From Candidatus Woesearchaeota archaeon CG10_big_fil_rev_8_21_14_0_10_33_12 (GTDB taxonomy: Archaea; Nanobdellota; Nanobdellia; Woesearchaeales; CG1-02-33-12): a DNA stretch of 45,416 bases. The stretch covers positions 879 to 46,294 of the forward strand of contig PCYE01000012.1 in assembly GCA_002762865.1 (NCBI GenBank), written 5' to 3'. The first letter of the stretch is position 1; each line of letters starts with the position of its first letter. A program made the translations under genes and the position numbers. Of this stretch, positions 36,527-45,416 are shown one piece after another. The notes under the pieces were generated by a model. That model was not told the DNA's origin. It saw only the letters and a program-made list of their open reading frames with translations, and ran no database searches.

Positions 36527-38281
36527 ATGAAAAAGAATGGGCATTCAACACCAGAAAGAAAGAACGGCACAGTATATACTCCAGAAAAGCTTTCTCAATA
36601 CGTAGCAAAAAAATTGTTAGAATATGCTTTGAATGATAACTTATTTAGGAATTTAAAGAAGATAAGTGTTGTAGACCCTGCGTCGGGGGATGGGATACTT
36701 CTTAAAAACGTTGCAGAAAATATATTACAACAAAAACTCCTTATGGGAAAAAAAATTATAGTTGTAGGGACTGATATTGACCAACAAGCCATAATTTTTT
36801 GTAGAAAGAGATTGTCTTTAATATCAAATGATAGATTGAACATTGAATTAGTAAATACCAATGCATTCATTCCACTCAAAGAATATTCTTTGACAAAAGG
36901 ATGGCAAGGAATACTAAAAAAAGTAGATGTTAAGAAAGGATTTGATCTACTCATTGCTAATCCTCCGTGGGGGGCTGATATTTCAGAATATAAAGATAAA
37001 CTCAATTTATCCGATTTCAAAACTCTTCAAGGGCAGTTTGATTCTTTTGAGTTATTCATAGAACTGGCAATAAAAATCGTTAAAACCGGTGGATATTTTG
37101 GGTTTATCATTCCTGATTCAATACTTAATCATGGCAAAAGCATTCTACGAGGAATCCTTTTAAAAAGAACACAAATATGTTTTATAGCCAGATTAGGAGA
37201 GAAGATATTTCCTAATGTGAATAGAGCGTGTGTCGTAATAATTTGCAAGAACACGTCCCCTACAGAGAAGAATATTGTTGATTGCTTTAGACTCTCAAGC
37301 AAAGATAGGAATAAAATCCTTAATGGAATGCTCACATTTACAGAAGCAGAAACCACATCAGCACACAAAGTTCCTCAAGAACGATTTATCAAAAATTCAT
37401 ATCAGCGATTTGATATTGACCTTAAAGAAAGTGAAACAAATATATTAAAGAAATTTAAGAAATTTGATAAGACACTTGCTTCTGTTCTATCAAGCACGAG
37501 AGGGGTAGAACTTGGTAGGTCAGGAATGATCTGCCAGTGTAATAATTGCTCTTCATGGTCTCCATTATCTGAACAGGAAAAAATTATCTGCTCTTCATGT
37601 GGTAAAGAGTTTAACCCAACGACAGCACCAAAAAAAAGTATCATATCTAAAGATAAAATACAACTATCTGTTCCGTTTATTACTGGTGGGAATTTAAGAA
37701 GATATGTTGGTCGCCCTTCCCTTTGGATTAAACTTGGAGTTAAAGGGATAAACTACAAACCTGAAAGCACCTATAAATCACCAAAAATACTTGTAAGAAA
37801 AACTGGAGTTGGTATAACTGCAATTCTTGATTATAACGATGTTTATACTAATCAAGTAGTTTATATTCTAAAAAATATTCCAGAAAAAGAAAAAAATCTT
37901 GAATTTTTTATCGGACTGATAAATTCAAGAGCATACTATTTCTATCTGGTAAAATCATTTGGGGAACTTGAATGGAAATCCCATCCATATCTTACTCAAA
38001 CTCAAATACTTAGCTTGCCCCTTCCAGACATGCAATCAGAAAAAAATAAAAAGATTATTCAAGAAATAATAGAATTGCTTCGTCCAATTCTTAAGAAAGA
38101 AATTATTCCATCAAATGATGTTGATATAAAAGTGGAGATACTTGTAGGTAAACTATTTTCCCTTAATGAGAAAGATTATAGGATAATTTTTAATGCAATT
38201 GAAGAATCCGATGATTTGATACCTGTAATGGAACTCAAAAAGATAACAGTAAGTGATATTATAAATAAACTCAAGAAGTGA
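36527..38281 (+). CDS. N6-adenine DNA methyltransferase, gamma class (TaqI/Eco57I-like) with C-terminal TRD
   Basis: GTVYTP, VVDPASGDG (motif I), IANPPW (motif IV), GFIIPDS, KILVRKT, GLINS; Zn-ribbon insertion. Confidence 0.92.
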   Translation: MKKNGHSTPERKNGTVYTPEKLSQYVAKKLLEYALNDNLFRNLKKISVVDPASGDGILLKNVAENILQQKLLMGKKIIVVGTDIDQQAIIFCRKRLSLISNDRLNIELVNTNAFIPLKEYSLTKGWQGILKKVDVKKGFDLLIANPPWGADISEYKDKLNLSDFKTLQGQFDSFELFIELAIKIVKTGGYFGFIIPDSILNHGKSILRGILLKRTQICFIARLGEKIFPNVNRACVVIICKNTSPTEKNIVDCFRLSSKDRNKILNGMLTFTEAETTSAHKVPQERFIKNSYQRFDIDLKESETNILKKFKKFDKTLASVLSSTRGVELGRSGMICQCNNCSSWSPLSEQEKIICSSCGKEFNPTTAPKKSIISKDKIQLSVPFITGGNLRRYVGRPSLWIKLGVKGINYKPESTYKSPKILVRKTGVGITAILDYNDVYTNQVVYILKNIPEKEKNLEFFIGLINSRAYYFYLVKSFGELEWKSHPYLTQTQILSLPLPDMQSEKNKKIIQEIIELLRPILKKEIIPSNDVDIKVEILVGKLFSLNEKDYRIIFNAIEESDDLIPVMELKKITVSDIINKLKK

Positions 38282-38285
38282 TACA

Positions 38286-39365
38286 ATGGGATACCGTTAT
38301 ATTGGAGCAAAGACCAAAATTAGCAATGAGATTATATCAGAAATCTCTAAGATTGTGCCTAGTGGTGGAAAGATAGCAGACATCATGTGCGGAACTGGAG
38401 TGATTTCTCTTGAACTTAGAAAAAAAGGATACGAAGTTATAGCTTCTGATGTTATGTACCAAGCGTGCCATATCACTAAAGTTAAGGTTCTGCTTCAGCA
38501 AGCACCGCCATTCAATGGAGCAAAAAAATATTTCTCCAAGAAAGGGCAACTGTTGCTAACTGGGTATTCTGGATATGAAGCAATAATTCAAGCACTTAAT
38601 AATTTACATCCGTTCAAAGGATATTTTTGGAGGGAATTTAGCCCAGAAGGAAAACCAAAAAATGGTTCTGCACCACGAAGATACTTTACAGCAGAAAACG
38701 CACAAAAAATTGATTCTGCGAGGGCATTTATCAAAAAGCTAAAAGAAGAAAATGCTATTACTAACATTGAGTATTCCTTGCTTGTCCATGATTTAATCTT
38801 TGCGGTAAATGACGTAGCCAATATTGCAGGAACGTATGGTCACTACCTTTCAAAATTTGTTGAAAGGGCAAAACAGCTAATAAGATTTACACCAACAAAG
38901 TTTGAAAATGGTGGAATCACAGAAGGGCATAAAATATTTCAAGGACATGCTGAAGAACTGGTAATTAATATGCAAGCCGACCTTTGTTATATTGACCCAC
39001 CGTACATAAAAAGACAATATGGAGCAAATTATCATATACTTGAAACTATTGCTAAAGGAGACGAACCTACAGCAGAAGGAAAAAGTGGTTTAAGACCATG
39101 GAGAGATGAATATTCTGATTTTTGCTCTAAAGTAAAGATTCGTAGTGCTTTTGAAAAAATATTTAATGGTATGAAATGCAAAAATTTCTTAATAAGTTAT
39201 AGCTCAGATGGGTTACTATCAAAAAAACAACTGATGGAACTTTTTGAAAAGTTCGGCACAGTTATTGTTAAAGAATTTTCCCATAAGAGATTCAAAAGCA
39301 GAAATGAAGATGCCGATGAAAACGTTACAGAATATCTTTTTTTTCTGAAGAAGACTAACTCTTAG
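38286..39365 (+). CDS. DNA adenine methyltransferase, alpha class (D12/FokI-like)
   Basis: RYIGAK, ADIMCGTG, YIDPPY..RQYGANYHILET, LISYS. Confidence 0.92.
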   Translation: MGYRYIGAKTKISNEIISEISKIVPSGGKIADIMCGTGVISLELRKKGYEVIASDVMYQACHITKVKVLLQQAPPFNGAKKYFSKKGQLLLTGYSGYEAIIQALNNLHPFKGYFWREFSPEGKPKNGSAPRRYFTAENAQKIDSARAFIKKLKEENAITNIEYSLLVHDLIFAVNDVANIAGTYGHYLSKFVERAKQLIRFTPTKFENGGITEGHKIFQGHAEELVINMQADLCYIDPPYIKRQYGANYHILETIAKGDEPTAEGKSGLRPWRDEYSDFCSKVKIRSAFEKIFNGMKCKNFLISYSSDGLLSKKQLMELFEKFGTVIVKEFSHKRFKSRNEDADENVTEYLFFLKKTNS

Positions 39366-40459
39366 TTAAATTGGGTTACAATTTTTGCATGTTCTGGATG
39401 CCATGTTATGGTATACTCTTCTCCGTTAATCTTAAAAGTAAGTTTATTGTCTTTAATTTTCTTCAAATCAAGACCTTCAACATTTGCGTAATGAAGCTTC
39501 CTATGAATTAATGGATTTATAATCACTATGTTACGAGCCGAATCAGAACCGTTCTGTCCTAATAAAATAAGGTGATGACCTTCTGAATAATACTTTCCAT
39601 TACGTTTTTTGAATGCATACTGTTCTCCAGAAATCTGACATATATTTTGATAAAGTTCCTTGAGTTTTCTTACAGCTTTGGTGTTGCGAATTCTAACCTT
39701 TCTCATTAATTCTTTTACTATTGCTGGAGCATCGTTGGCAACCTCTTCATCTTCATCAAAGAAAACTTTTTGGGAATTTTGAGCCTTATCAGAAATTTCT
39801 TCTTCAGGTTCTGTCTCTAGTTCGTCAGAATCACCAATAAAATTGTCAAGAGAAGGAGGTGCTTCTGCTCTTGGAATTACCTTAAAAGCCCATGCAGGGT
39901 CTGATGTATCAAAGAGAACTTCTCCATTAAACTCTATGTAGCCTGCATTCTCTGTAAACATCCTATTAAGTTTTCTATTTACCGCCCAATCTGGTTCTGG
40001 TGTGCCTGCCTGAAACCATCCAGCCCAATACTCTCCGTTATCCAATTTAGCAATATAAACATGAAGGTTCTCAATATGGATTCTCACAGAAGGGTCGGCT
40101 GGTTGAGGAAATCCTGTAAGGTCTGGTCTCCAAGCATGAACTCTATTATTTTCACTACTTCGTATTTTTTGTGAAGCTATACTAACTGAATTTGCCCTAC
40201 GTTGATATATTTTAACCCTCTGAGTCCCAGTATCAGCTCCAAGACTTAAGATTGGGACTTCCCAACTTGAACCTTGTGTAAACTGTATAGGTGTGATTCC
40301 TCGTAAAAAAGTGTTCCAGTTTTGAAGAGTTACTCCTGAAGTTGGAAAATCAATATATGACTATCCACCGCCACCTACTTCAATTCCAGCGGGTTTATTT
40401 ATATTAAAAAAATCCGCATCCGTTATCTTTCTGAAAACGACACTTTGGACTACTTGCAT
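39362..40459 (-). pseudogene. HNH restriction endonuclease interrupted by an in-frame TAG at codon 33
   Basis: One continuous frame from ATG 40459 (MQVVQSVVFRKITDADFFNINKPAGIEVGGGG*SYIDF) to 39362; TAG at 40363-40361; C-terminal CQISG...EGHH...GSD...NIVIINPLIHRKLH. Confidence 0.85.
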
Positions 40460-40608
40460 GTAACGTAGAGAATAAGTTCTTATTTATAAATATACGTTAT
40501 TACCCGCCATGCAATACCCTAACTTGAAACAACATCACAAACAAAATAGAAATATTTATAAATATAAGTATATTTCTTATTTCACACATAATGTGGAGGT
40601 TAAGCAAA

Positions 40609-40929
40609 ATGGCAAAAAACAAAGAAGGAACAAAAACAATAAAATTGGGTATTTATTTTTGGACAAATTTGGATAAAAAGAATACTAATGAAGGTATTGA
40701 CATGCCTAAAAAGACTTGCTGGGATAGCGGATTTGTTAATGTTGTTTCGAACAATAGGCACGGACTAAGGTCTGGGATTTATAGTAATTTCAATAATTTT
40801 GATGAATTGCCTAATGCTGTAAAAGATGCACTTAAAAGAAGTGGAGTAAGGGTAGTTCAAAGTAAAAAGGATAAGGAGTATAAAGAAGCCCTAAAAAAGA
40901 TGAAGGAATCTGAATTAATAGCAAATTGA
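40609..40929 (+). CDS. Hypothetical cargo protein
   Basis: GGAGGT SD at 40595-40600; BRE-TATA upstream; ends 8 nt before the right TIR. Confidence 0.75.
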   Translation: MAKNKEGTKTIKLGIYFWTNLDKKNTNEGIDMPKKTCWDSGFVNVVSNNRHGLRSGIYSNFNNFDELPNAVKDALKRSGVRVVQSKKDKEYKEALKKMKESELIAN

Positions 40930-40937
40930 GAAAATGA

Positions 40938-40992
40938 TTTGTCAGCCGATACTTAACAGCTTTCACTTGACATCCCATGGTTGAACAATACC
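40938..40992 (-). repeat. Right terminal inverted repeat
   Basis: Minus strand GGTATTGTTCAACCATGGGATGTCAAGTGAAAGCTGTTAAGTATCGGCTGACAAA. Confidence 0.85.
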
Positions 40993-41010
40993 CTAAAATA
41001 TTGAGCATGC

Positions 41011-42216
41011 TCAAGATGAATTAGAAATTGTTGTTTTAACTAGTTCTTTAAGGGTTTCAATGATTTTTTCAGAGAATTCTACTTTTATTGAGCCCATTGC
41101 AAAGTTATCACGGCCGCCGCCCTTGCCATTAAACTTATCCATAAGGTTTTTTAGAAGTTCATTAGCCTTAAATCCAGAATCTTCTGAAGCAACAATAATT
41201 ATCTGTGCATTATCACAAAGCTTGTTCAGAAAGCAAACAACTGTTTTTTCTTTTTTTAATGATGCTGCCTGGTCAATAAGCTGCTTTTTTTCAACCTCAT
41301 CAAAGGTATTGTAAACAAAGTTAATATCATTAATCTTTTCCTCATTGAATTCTTTTACAAGGCTTGCGCTTAACTCCCTCAGCTTAGCAGTTTTCTTTTC
41401 ATTTTCCTGCATTAAGTTTTCAATAAACTCAGGAACCTCCTTAACATCTTTTTTTATTATTGAAGAAGATAGTCTTGCTATGCGGGCAAGCTCAAACAAG
41501 TCTTCTGAAACATTTGTCTTAAATCTTATTTCATAATCTCCTTTAAAAAGGTTGAATTTTGTTACAAGAAAATTGCCAATAAAATTTGTTTTTAAAGCAT
41601 GGGTTCCAGCGCATGCTGAGATGTCATGATCCTTTATCTCAACAATCCTTATTTTTTCGTCTTTTATGCGGTCAAGCTTTATCCTTAATCCAGGAATTTT
41701 TGCTGCTTCTTCTTTTGTAATCTCTTTAACAATTATGTCTCTGTTTTCTTTTATGATTTTGTTTGCAAGCTTTTCTGCCTCAAAGATTTTTTCCCATGTT
41801 AAATTTTTACAGATTACAAAAAGTGAGGATTCATCTTCATCTAATCTTACCTTGTTAACTTTGATGTCTTTTATTGTTTTTAGCAAAGCTCCCATAAAGA
41901 TATGCTCGCCTGAATGCATTCTTACAAGTCTGAGCCTTCTATTAATACTATGCTCACATGAAACCATATCATCTATTTTTAAAGTTCCATCAATAATCTT
42001 AACCTTATGAACTATCTTACCATCTTTTTTAGAAATATTAACAACCTTTCCCTCAAAATAATTATTTTTTATAATGCCTGTATCGCAGGGCTGTCCTCCT
42101 CCAGCAGGATAAAAAATAGTATCATCCAGCTCAACCAAAAGAAAGTCTTCTTTTTCTTCAATATTTGTTATTTTTGCGTCTTTTTTATGCAAAAAAGATT
42201 CTTGGTAGGTTTCCAT
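41011..42216 (-). CDS. alaX: Long-form AlaX trans-editing protein with C-Ala/DHHA1 domain
   Basis: TIFYPAGGGQPCD, HSGEH, CAGTH, C-terminal GKGGGRDNFAMG. Confidence 0.9.
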   Translation of the reverse strand: METYQESFLHKKDAKITNIEEKEDFLLVELDDTIFYPAGGGQPCDTGIIKNNYFEGKVVNISKKDGKIVHKVKIIDGTLKIDDMVSCEHSINRRLRLVRMHSGEHIFMGALLKTIKDIKVNKVRLDEDESSLFVICKNLTWEKIFEAEKLANKIIKENRDIIVKEITKEEAAKIPGLRIKLDRIKDEKIRIVEIKDHDISACAGTHALKTNFIGNFLVTKFNLFKGDYEIRFKTNVSEDLFELARIARLSSSIIKKDVKEVPEFIENLMQENEKKTAKLRELSASLVKEFNEEKINDINFVYNTFDEVEKKQLIDQAASLKKEKTVVCFLNKLCDNAQIIIVASEDSGFKANELLKNLMDKFNGKGGGRDNFAMGSIKVEFSEKIIETLKELVKTTISNSS

Positions 42217-42217
42217 T

Positions 42218-43597
42218 TTAATTAATCAGCTTTGTGAATATCTGTTTTAATTCTTTTGGCGAGGCCTTCCCTTTGGTAGCTTTCATTACCTGGCCTATTA
42301 AAAAATGAAGTGCCTCTTTTCTTCCTTTTTTGTAGTCAGAAACAACCTTTGGATTTTTTAGTATAACATCCCTGCATATTTTTTCAAGCTCTTTAACACC
42401 TGAGATAGCCATTAGTTTATGCTCTTTTACACAACTGTTTATATCAAATGGCTTTTCAGCAAGTTTTTCAAGGATTTTCTGCGCAGTTGTTTCTGTTATT
42501 TTATTTTCTTCAATTAATGTTAATAAGCTAATCATGTGTTTTTCATTTATTTCTGTTTCAGAAAGCTCTTTTTTATTATAGTTCAAAACCCTTAAAAGCT
42601 CAAACCTCAGCCATCTTGCTGCAAGCAATGGATTTATTTTCCTGGCTGTTTTCTCAAATAGTTCGGAAAGCATTATATCAGAGCAGATAACAAACGCATC
42701 CTGTTTTTTTATTTTATACTGCTTTGCTAATCTTTCTATTTTTTTGTCAGGACTTTCAGGCAGTGTTTTTATTATTTTTTCGATATAATTATCATCAATA
42801 TTTATTGCCGGAAGGTCTGGCTCAGGGATAAACATGTAGTCAGCTGCTTCTTCTTTTGAGCGCATGAAAATAGTTTTATTATGCTTTTCATCAAATGCGC
42901 GGGTTTGCTGCTTTATTTCCTTTCCTTCCTTTATCTCTTCTTCCTGCCTTAAAACCTCGTACTCTGCTGCCTTTACAATGTTGCTGAATGAATTAACATT
43001 TTTTACCTCAACCCTGCTGAATTTTGGGCCAATAGAAATATTTGTATCTGCTTTTACTCCGGAGTTTTTGTCAATTGCCTTTATGTAATTTAATGTTGTT
43101 AACAATGCTTTTAGCCAGTCTCTTAGTTCATTTGTTGATTTAAAGTCCGGCTCTGTCACAATCTCAACCAATGGAAAACCTGAGCGGTTATAGTCAACAT
43201 TTCCTGTTACAGGATCCCATCTTGCAGGGTCTTCCTCAAGGTGGACATCAGATATTCTTATTCCGAGGAATTTTCCGTTTACGCCGACAGGGTTAGAATA
43301 TGAGCCTGACATTGTTTTTTGAAAGCCGGCAGGAAGGTCTGGCCATGAGTAATGCTTTCTCTGGAAAAGCATTCTTTTGTTTATTTTGCATCCAAGCATT
43401 AAGGCGATTGCAATTATCTTATCTACGGCCTGCTTGTTTGGAAGCATCGGCTTTGAGCCGGGCATTGCTGTGCATATCGGGCAGATGTTTGTGTTTGGAG
43501 TTGCATCTTCCTCAATAGAGCAGTTGCAGAATAATTTAGTCTTATTCTCTACATTAATATAGCCATGAATCTCTAGGCCACACTTTATCTCAGTCAT
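42218..43597 (-). CDS. gatB: Asp/Glu-tRNA amidotransferase subunit B
   Basis: GLEIH, TKLFC, CPICTAMPGSKP, HLEED, DYNRSGFPLVEIVTEPD, EVKNVNS, PEPDLP, FLIGQVMK. Confidence 0.95.
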   Translation of the reverse strand: MTEIKCGLEIHGYINVENKTKLFCNCSIEEDATPNTNICPICTAMPGSKPMLPNKQAVDKIIAIALMLGCKINKRMLFQRKHYSWPDLPAGFQKTMSGSYSNPVGVNGKFLGIRISDVHLEEDPARWDPVTGNVDYNRSGFPLVEIVTEPDFKSTNELRDWLKALLTTLNYIKAIDKNSGVKADTNISIGPKFSRVEVKNVNSFSNIVKAAEYEVLRQEEEIKEGKEIKQQTRAFDEKHNKTIFMRSKEEAADYMFIPEPDLPAINIDDNYIEKIIKTLPESPDKKIERLAKQYKIKKQDAFVICSDIMLSELFEKTARKINPLLAARWLRFELLRVLNYNKKELSETEINEKHMISLLTLIEENKITETTAQKILEKLAEKPFDINSCVKEHKLMAISGVKELEKICRDVILKNPKVVSDYKKGRKEALHFLIGQVMKATKGKASPKELKQIFTKLIN

Positions 43598-43629
43598 ATA
43601 GTAGAATGATTATAAAATGTTTATATAAC

Positions 43630-44187
43630 TTACGGATTTACAACTTTTATTACAAAGGCTTTTGTTGCGTAGCTTTCTGGGCCAATCAGTGCCTTGCACT
43701 TGTAATCTGTAGGCTTTGCATTCTCAGTTGCTTTTACAACAAGAGGGAAAACCTCAATCTGGTCTTTTTTAAGGCCTTCTATCTTTTCAGTGTATATAAA
43801 AATAATGTCTGTTTCTGGTTTTGCAGCTGAATCAAATGCCTCATCGCAAAAGAACTCTACCGTAAAGTCAGATGATTCATCTTTCTGGTTCATCACACCA
43901 AAATAAAGTGTTTTTTCAGTTTTCCTTTCAATCTCAAAACCAGATTCAGTTATTGCAAACTTATTTTTTTTATCAGCAATATTTTCTTTTAGTTCAACTG
44001 CTTCCTGCGGCTCTGTTTCTTCAACTTCTTCCTCAGCTGGTTCAGCTGGCTCTTGTTCAACTATCATAGGAACTTCCTCAATAACACCAGCAGTATTACC
44101 AGCACTTTCATTATTTTCAGCCTTTTCAGTGCACCCTGAAATCAAAAACAAACCTATTACCAAAAAAAGCAATATTATTTTTCTCAT
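43630..44187 (-). CDS. Lipoprotein with acidic linker and beta-rich C-terminal domain
   Basis: MRKIILLFLVIGLFLISGC lipobox; GGGTGA SD. Confidence 0.8.
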   Translation of the reverse strand: MRKIILLFLVIGLFLISGCTEKAENNESAGNTAGVIEEVPMIVEQEPAEPAEEEVEETEPQEAVELKENIADKKNKFAITESGFEIERKTEKTLYFGVMNQKDESSDFTVEFFCDEAFDSAAKPETDIIFIYTEKIEGLKKDQIEVFPLVVKATENAKPTDYKCKALIGPESYATKAFVIKVVNP

Positions 44188-44241
44188 ACAATCACCCTTT
44201 GTGTTAATTTATTTTGTTATTATTTAAATTTTGCTATTAAT

Positions 44242-45416
44242 TTAAGGTGTTTTTCTTAACATTGTTCTTGGGAAAGGTATTGTATCTTTTATGTTATCTA
44301 ACTTGCAGAGCCATGCAATTACCCTTTCAACCCCGAGGCCATAGCCAGAATGAGGCACTTTCCCATATCTTCTTGTGTCAAAATACCACTCATATTTTTC
44401 AGGTTTTTCACCCTGCTCTGTTAATGCTTTTTTCATCTCTTCAATATCAGTGTCTCTTTCGCTTCCGCCGATTATCTCGCCGTATCCCTCTGGAGCTATT
44501 ATATCAAAGCACAATGCTGTCTTTGGGTTTTTAGGGTCTTTTGGTTTGTAGAAAGCCATTATTTTTTTAGGATAGTTTGTAATAATCACAGGCTTTTCAT
44601 AATGCTTAGCAATTGTATCCTCTTCAGTTGTTCTTAGGTCTTTTCCCCACTCAGCCTCTAATCCATCTTTCTTTAATGTCTCCAAGGCCTCTGTGTAAGT
44701 AATTCTTGGGAATGGTGTTTTTATTTTCTTAAGCTTCTCAATATCCTGGCCCAAAAACTTTAATTCTTCTTCATTATTTTCAAGGACATATTTCACAATA
44801 AAGGCAACCAAATCTTCTGCATTCTTCAGTATGTCATCAAGCTTAAACCATGCAATTTCTGTTTCAGCCATCCAGAATTCTGACAAGTGTCTTGATGTTT
44901 TTGAGCGCTCTGCCCTAAAGCATGGAGAAATTGTGTAAATTTTTTCCAGAGCAGAAATCATGGCTTCAGCATAGAGCTGCCATGACTGCGTTAAATACAT
45001 AATACCCTCAAAGTATTTTACTTCAAAAAGAGTTGAGCCACCCTCACAGCTTGTTGGCGAGAACATTGGCGAATGCTCCTCATAAAAGCCTTTGTCATTG
45101 AAAAATTTTCTTATTGCCTGGAAAACAGCTGACCTTACTTTTAAGATTGCAGTCATTTTTCTTGACCTTATCCAGAGGTGCCTTTCATCTAACAAAAATT
45201 CAGGGCTCTGGTCTTTTGTTATTGGGAATGTGTCGCTTTCTCCAACTATATTTAATGAAGAAACAGAAATCTCATAGCCAGTTGGAGCGCGGTCATCTTT
45301 TTTTATCTCCCCTGTTATTTCAAGAGAGCATTCCATTGTGGCTTTTAATGCCTCATTCCAAAGTTCATCAGTTAGTTTTGATTTTTCAACAACACATTGT
45401 ATTATTTCTGTTGAAT
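44242..45416 (-). CDS. asnS: Asparagine--tRNA ligase (5' end outside the window)
   Basis: Frame open to the edge (STEIIQCVV); YLTQSWQLYAEA, RHLSEFWM, GEIIGGSER, PHSGYGLGVER match AsnRS rather than AspRS. Confidence 0.92.
   Translation of the reverse strand, partial: STEIIQCVVEKSKLTDELWNEALKATMECSLEITGEIKKDDRAPTGYEISVSSLNIVGESDTFPITKDQSPEFLLDERHLWIRSRKMTAILKVRSAVFQAIRKFFNDKGFYEEHSPMFSPTSCEGGSTLFEVKYFEGIMYLTQSWQLYAEAMISALEKIYTISPCFRAERSKTSRHLSEFWMAETEIAWFKLDDILKNAEDLVAFIVKYVLENNEEELKFLGQDIEKLKKIKTPFPRITYTEALETLKKDGLEAEWGKDLRTTEEDTIAKHYEKPVIITNYPKKIMAFYKPKDPKNPKTALCFDIIAPEGYGEIIGGSERDTDIEEMKKALTEQGEKPEKYEWYFDTRRYGKVPHSGYGLGVERVIAWLCKLDNIKDTIPFPRTMLRKTP

Larger units (their letters stand above)
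35738..40992. mobile_element. Non-autonomous IS6-like cargo transposon carrying a restriction-modification locus (5255 bp)
   Basis: 55-bp ungapped imperfect TIRs 35738-35792 / 40938-40992 (39/55; inner 23 bp 20/23); flanking direct repeat CTAAAACAT 35729-35737 / CTAAAATAT 40993-41001; internal transposase fragment. Confidence 0.85.

Noticed and set aside
40361-40363. Genome-wide amber recoding or pyrrolysine readthrough
   Set aside because: TAG terminates full-length core genes here (alaS 6558-6560, cysS 31309-31311), no other gene has an internal TAG, and no pyl genes are in the window
151-40565. Recurrent AATAGAAA-nn-TTT(A/T)TA motif before many genes
   Set aside because: Ordinary archaeal BRE-TATA promoter consensus, not a repeat family
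41001-41014. Perfect 14-bp palindrome TTGAGCATGCTCAA at the alaX stop
   Set aside because: Single copy with no loop; may be chance, although it touches the target duplication
183-45277. Many 60-170 aa ORFs antisense to or inside long genes (e.g. 2217..2648, 6709..7044, 14861..15373, 33141..33539)
   Set aside because: Shadow frames of well-supported genes, with no motifs or expression signals

Overview
AT-rich archaeal chromosome segment. Gene content (uS15 next to a RecJ/Cdc45-like DHH nuclease, Nop5/fibrillarin, NreA, XPD, archaeal-type AlaRS/ValRS/AsnRS, mostly leaderless BRE-TATA promoters) suggests a DPANN archaeon, probably Woesearchaeota; the taxon is an inference. The backbone is translation and DNA-repair housekeeping: alaS, cysS, valS, asnS (partial), gatB, alaX, rps15, nop5, fibrillarin, lig, xpd, nreA, tRNA-Val(CAC) and tRNA-Gln(TTG) with a D-loop intron. 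Signals missing from the ORF track: (1) a 22-codon leader ORF ending in Cys-Cys, with alternative RNA pairings and a U-rich spacer, directly upstream of cysteine synthase (candidate archaeal cysteine-sensing attenuator); (2) a 5.25-kb non-autonomous transposon (55-bp imperfect TIRs, 9-bp target duplication) carrying a small regulator, two DNA methyltransferases and an HNH nuclease interrupted by one amber codon; (3) accessory cassettes bracketed by a core gene and a diverged relic of that gene's 3' end, seen for DNA ligase and for a membrane protein; (4) an 11-aa MAKKKAAKKKK micro-ORF with its own promoter, SD and T-rich end; (5) three 15-bp palindromes at exact 38-bp spacing between convergent genes; (6) a structured rps15 leader. 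All alignments were done by eye and no database searches were run.
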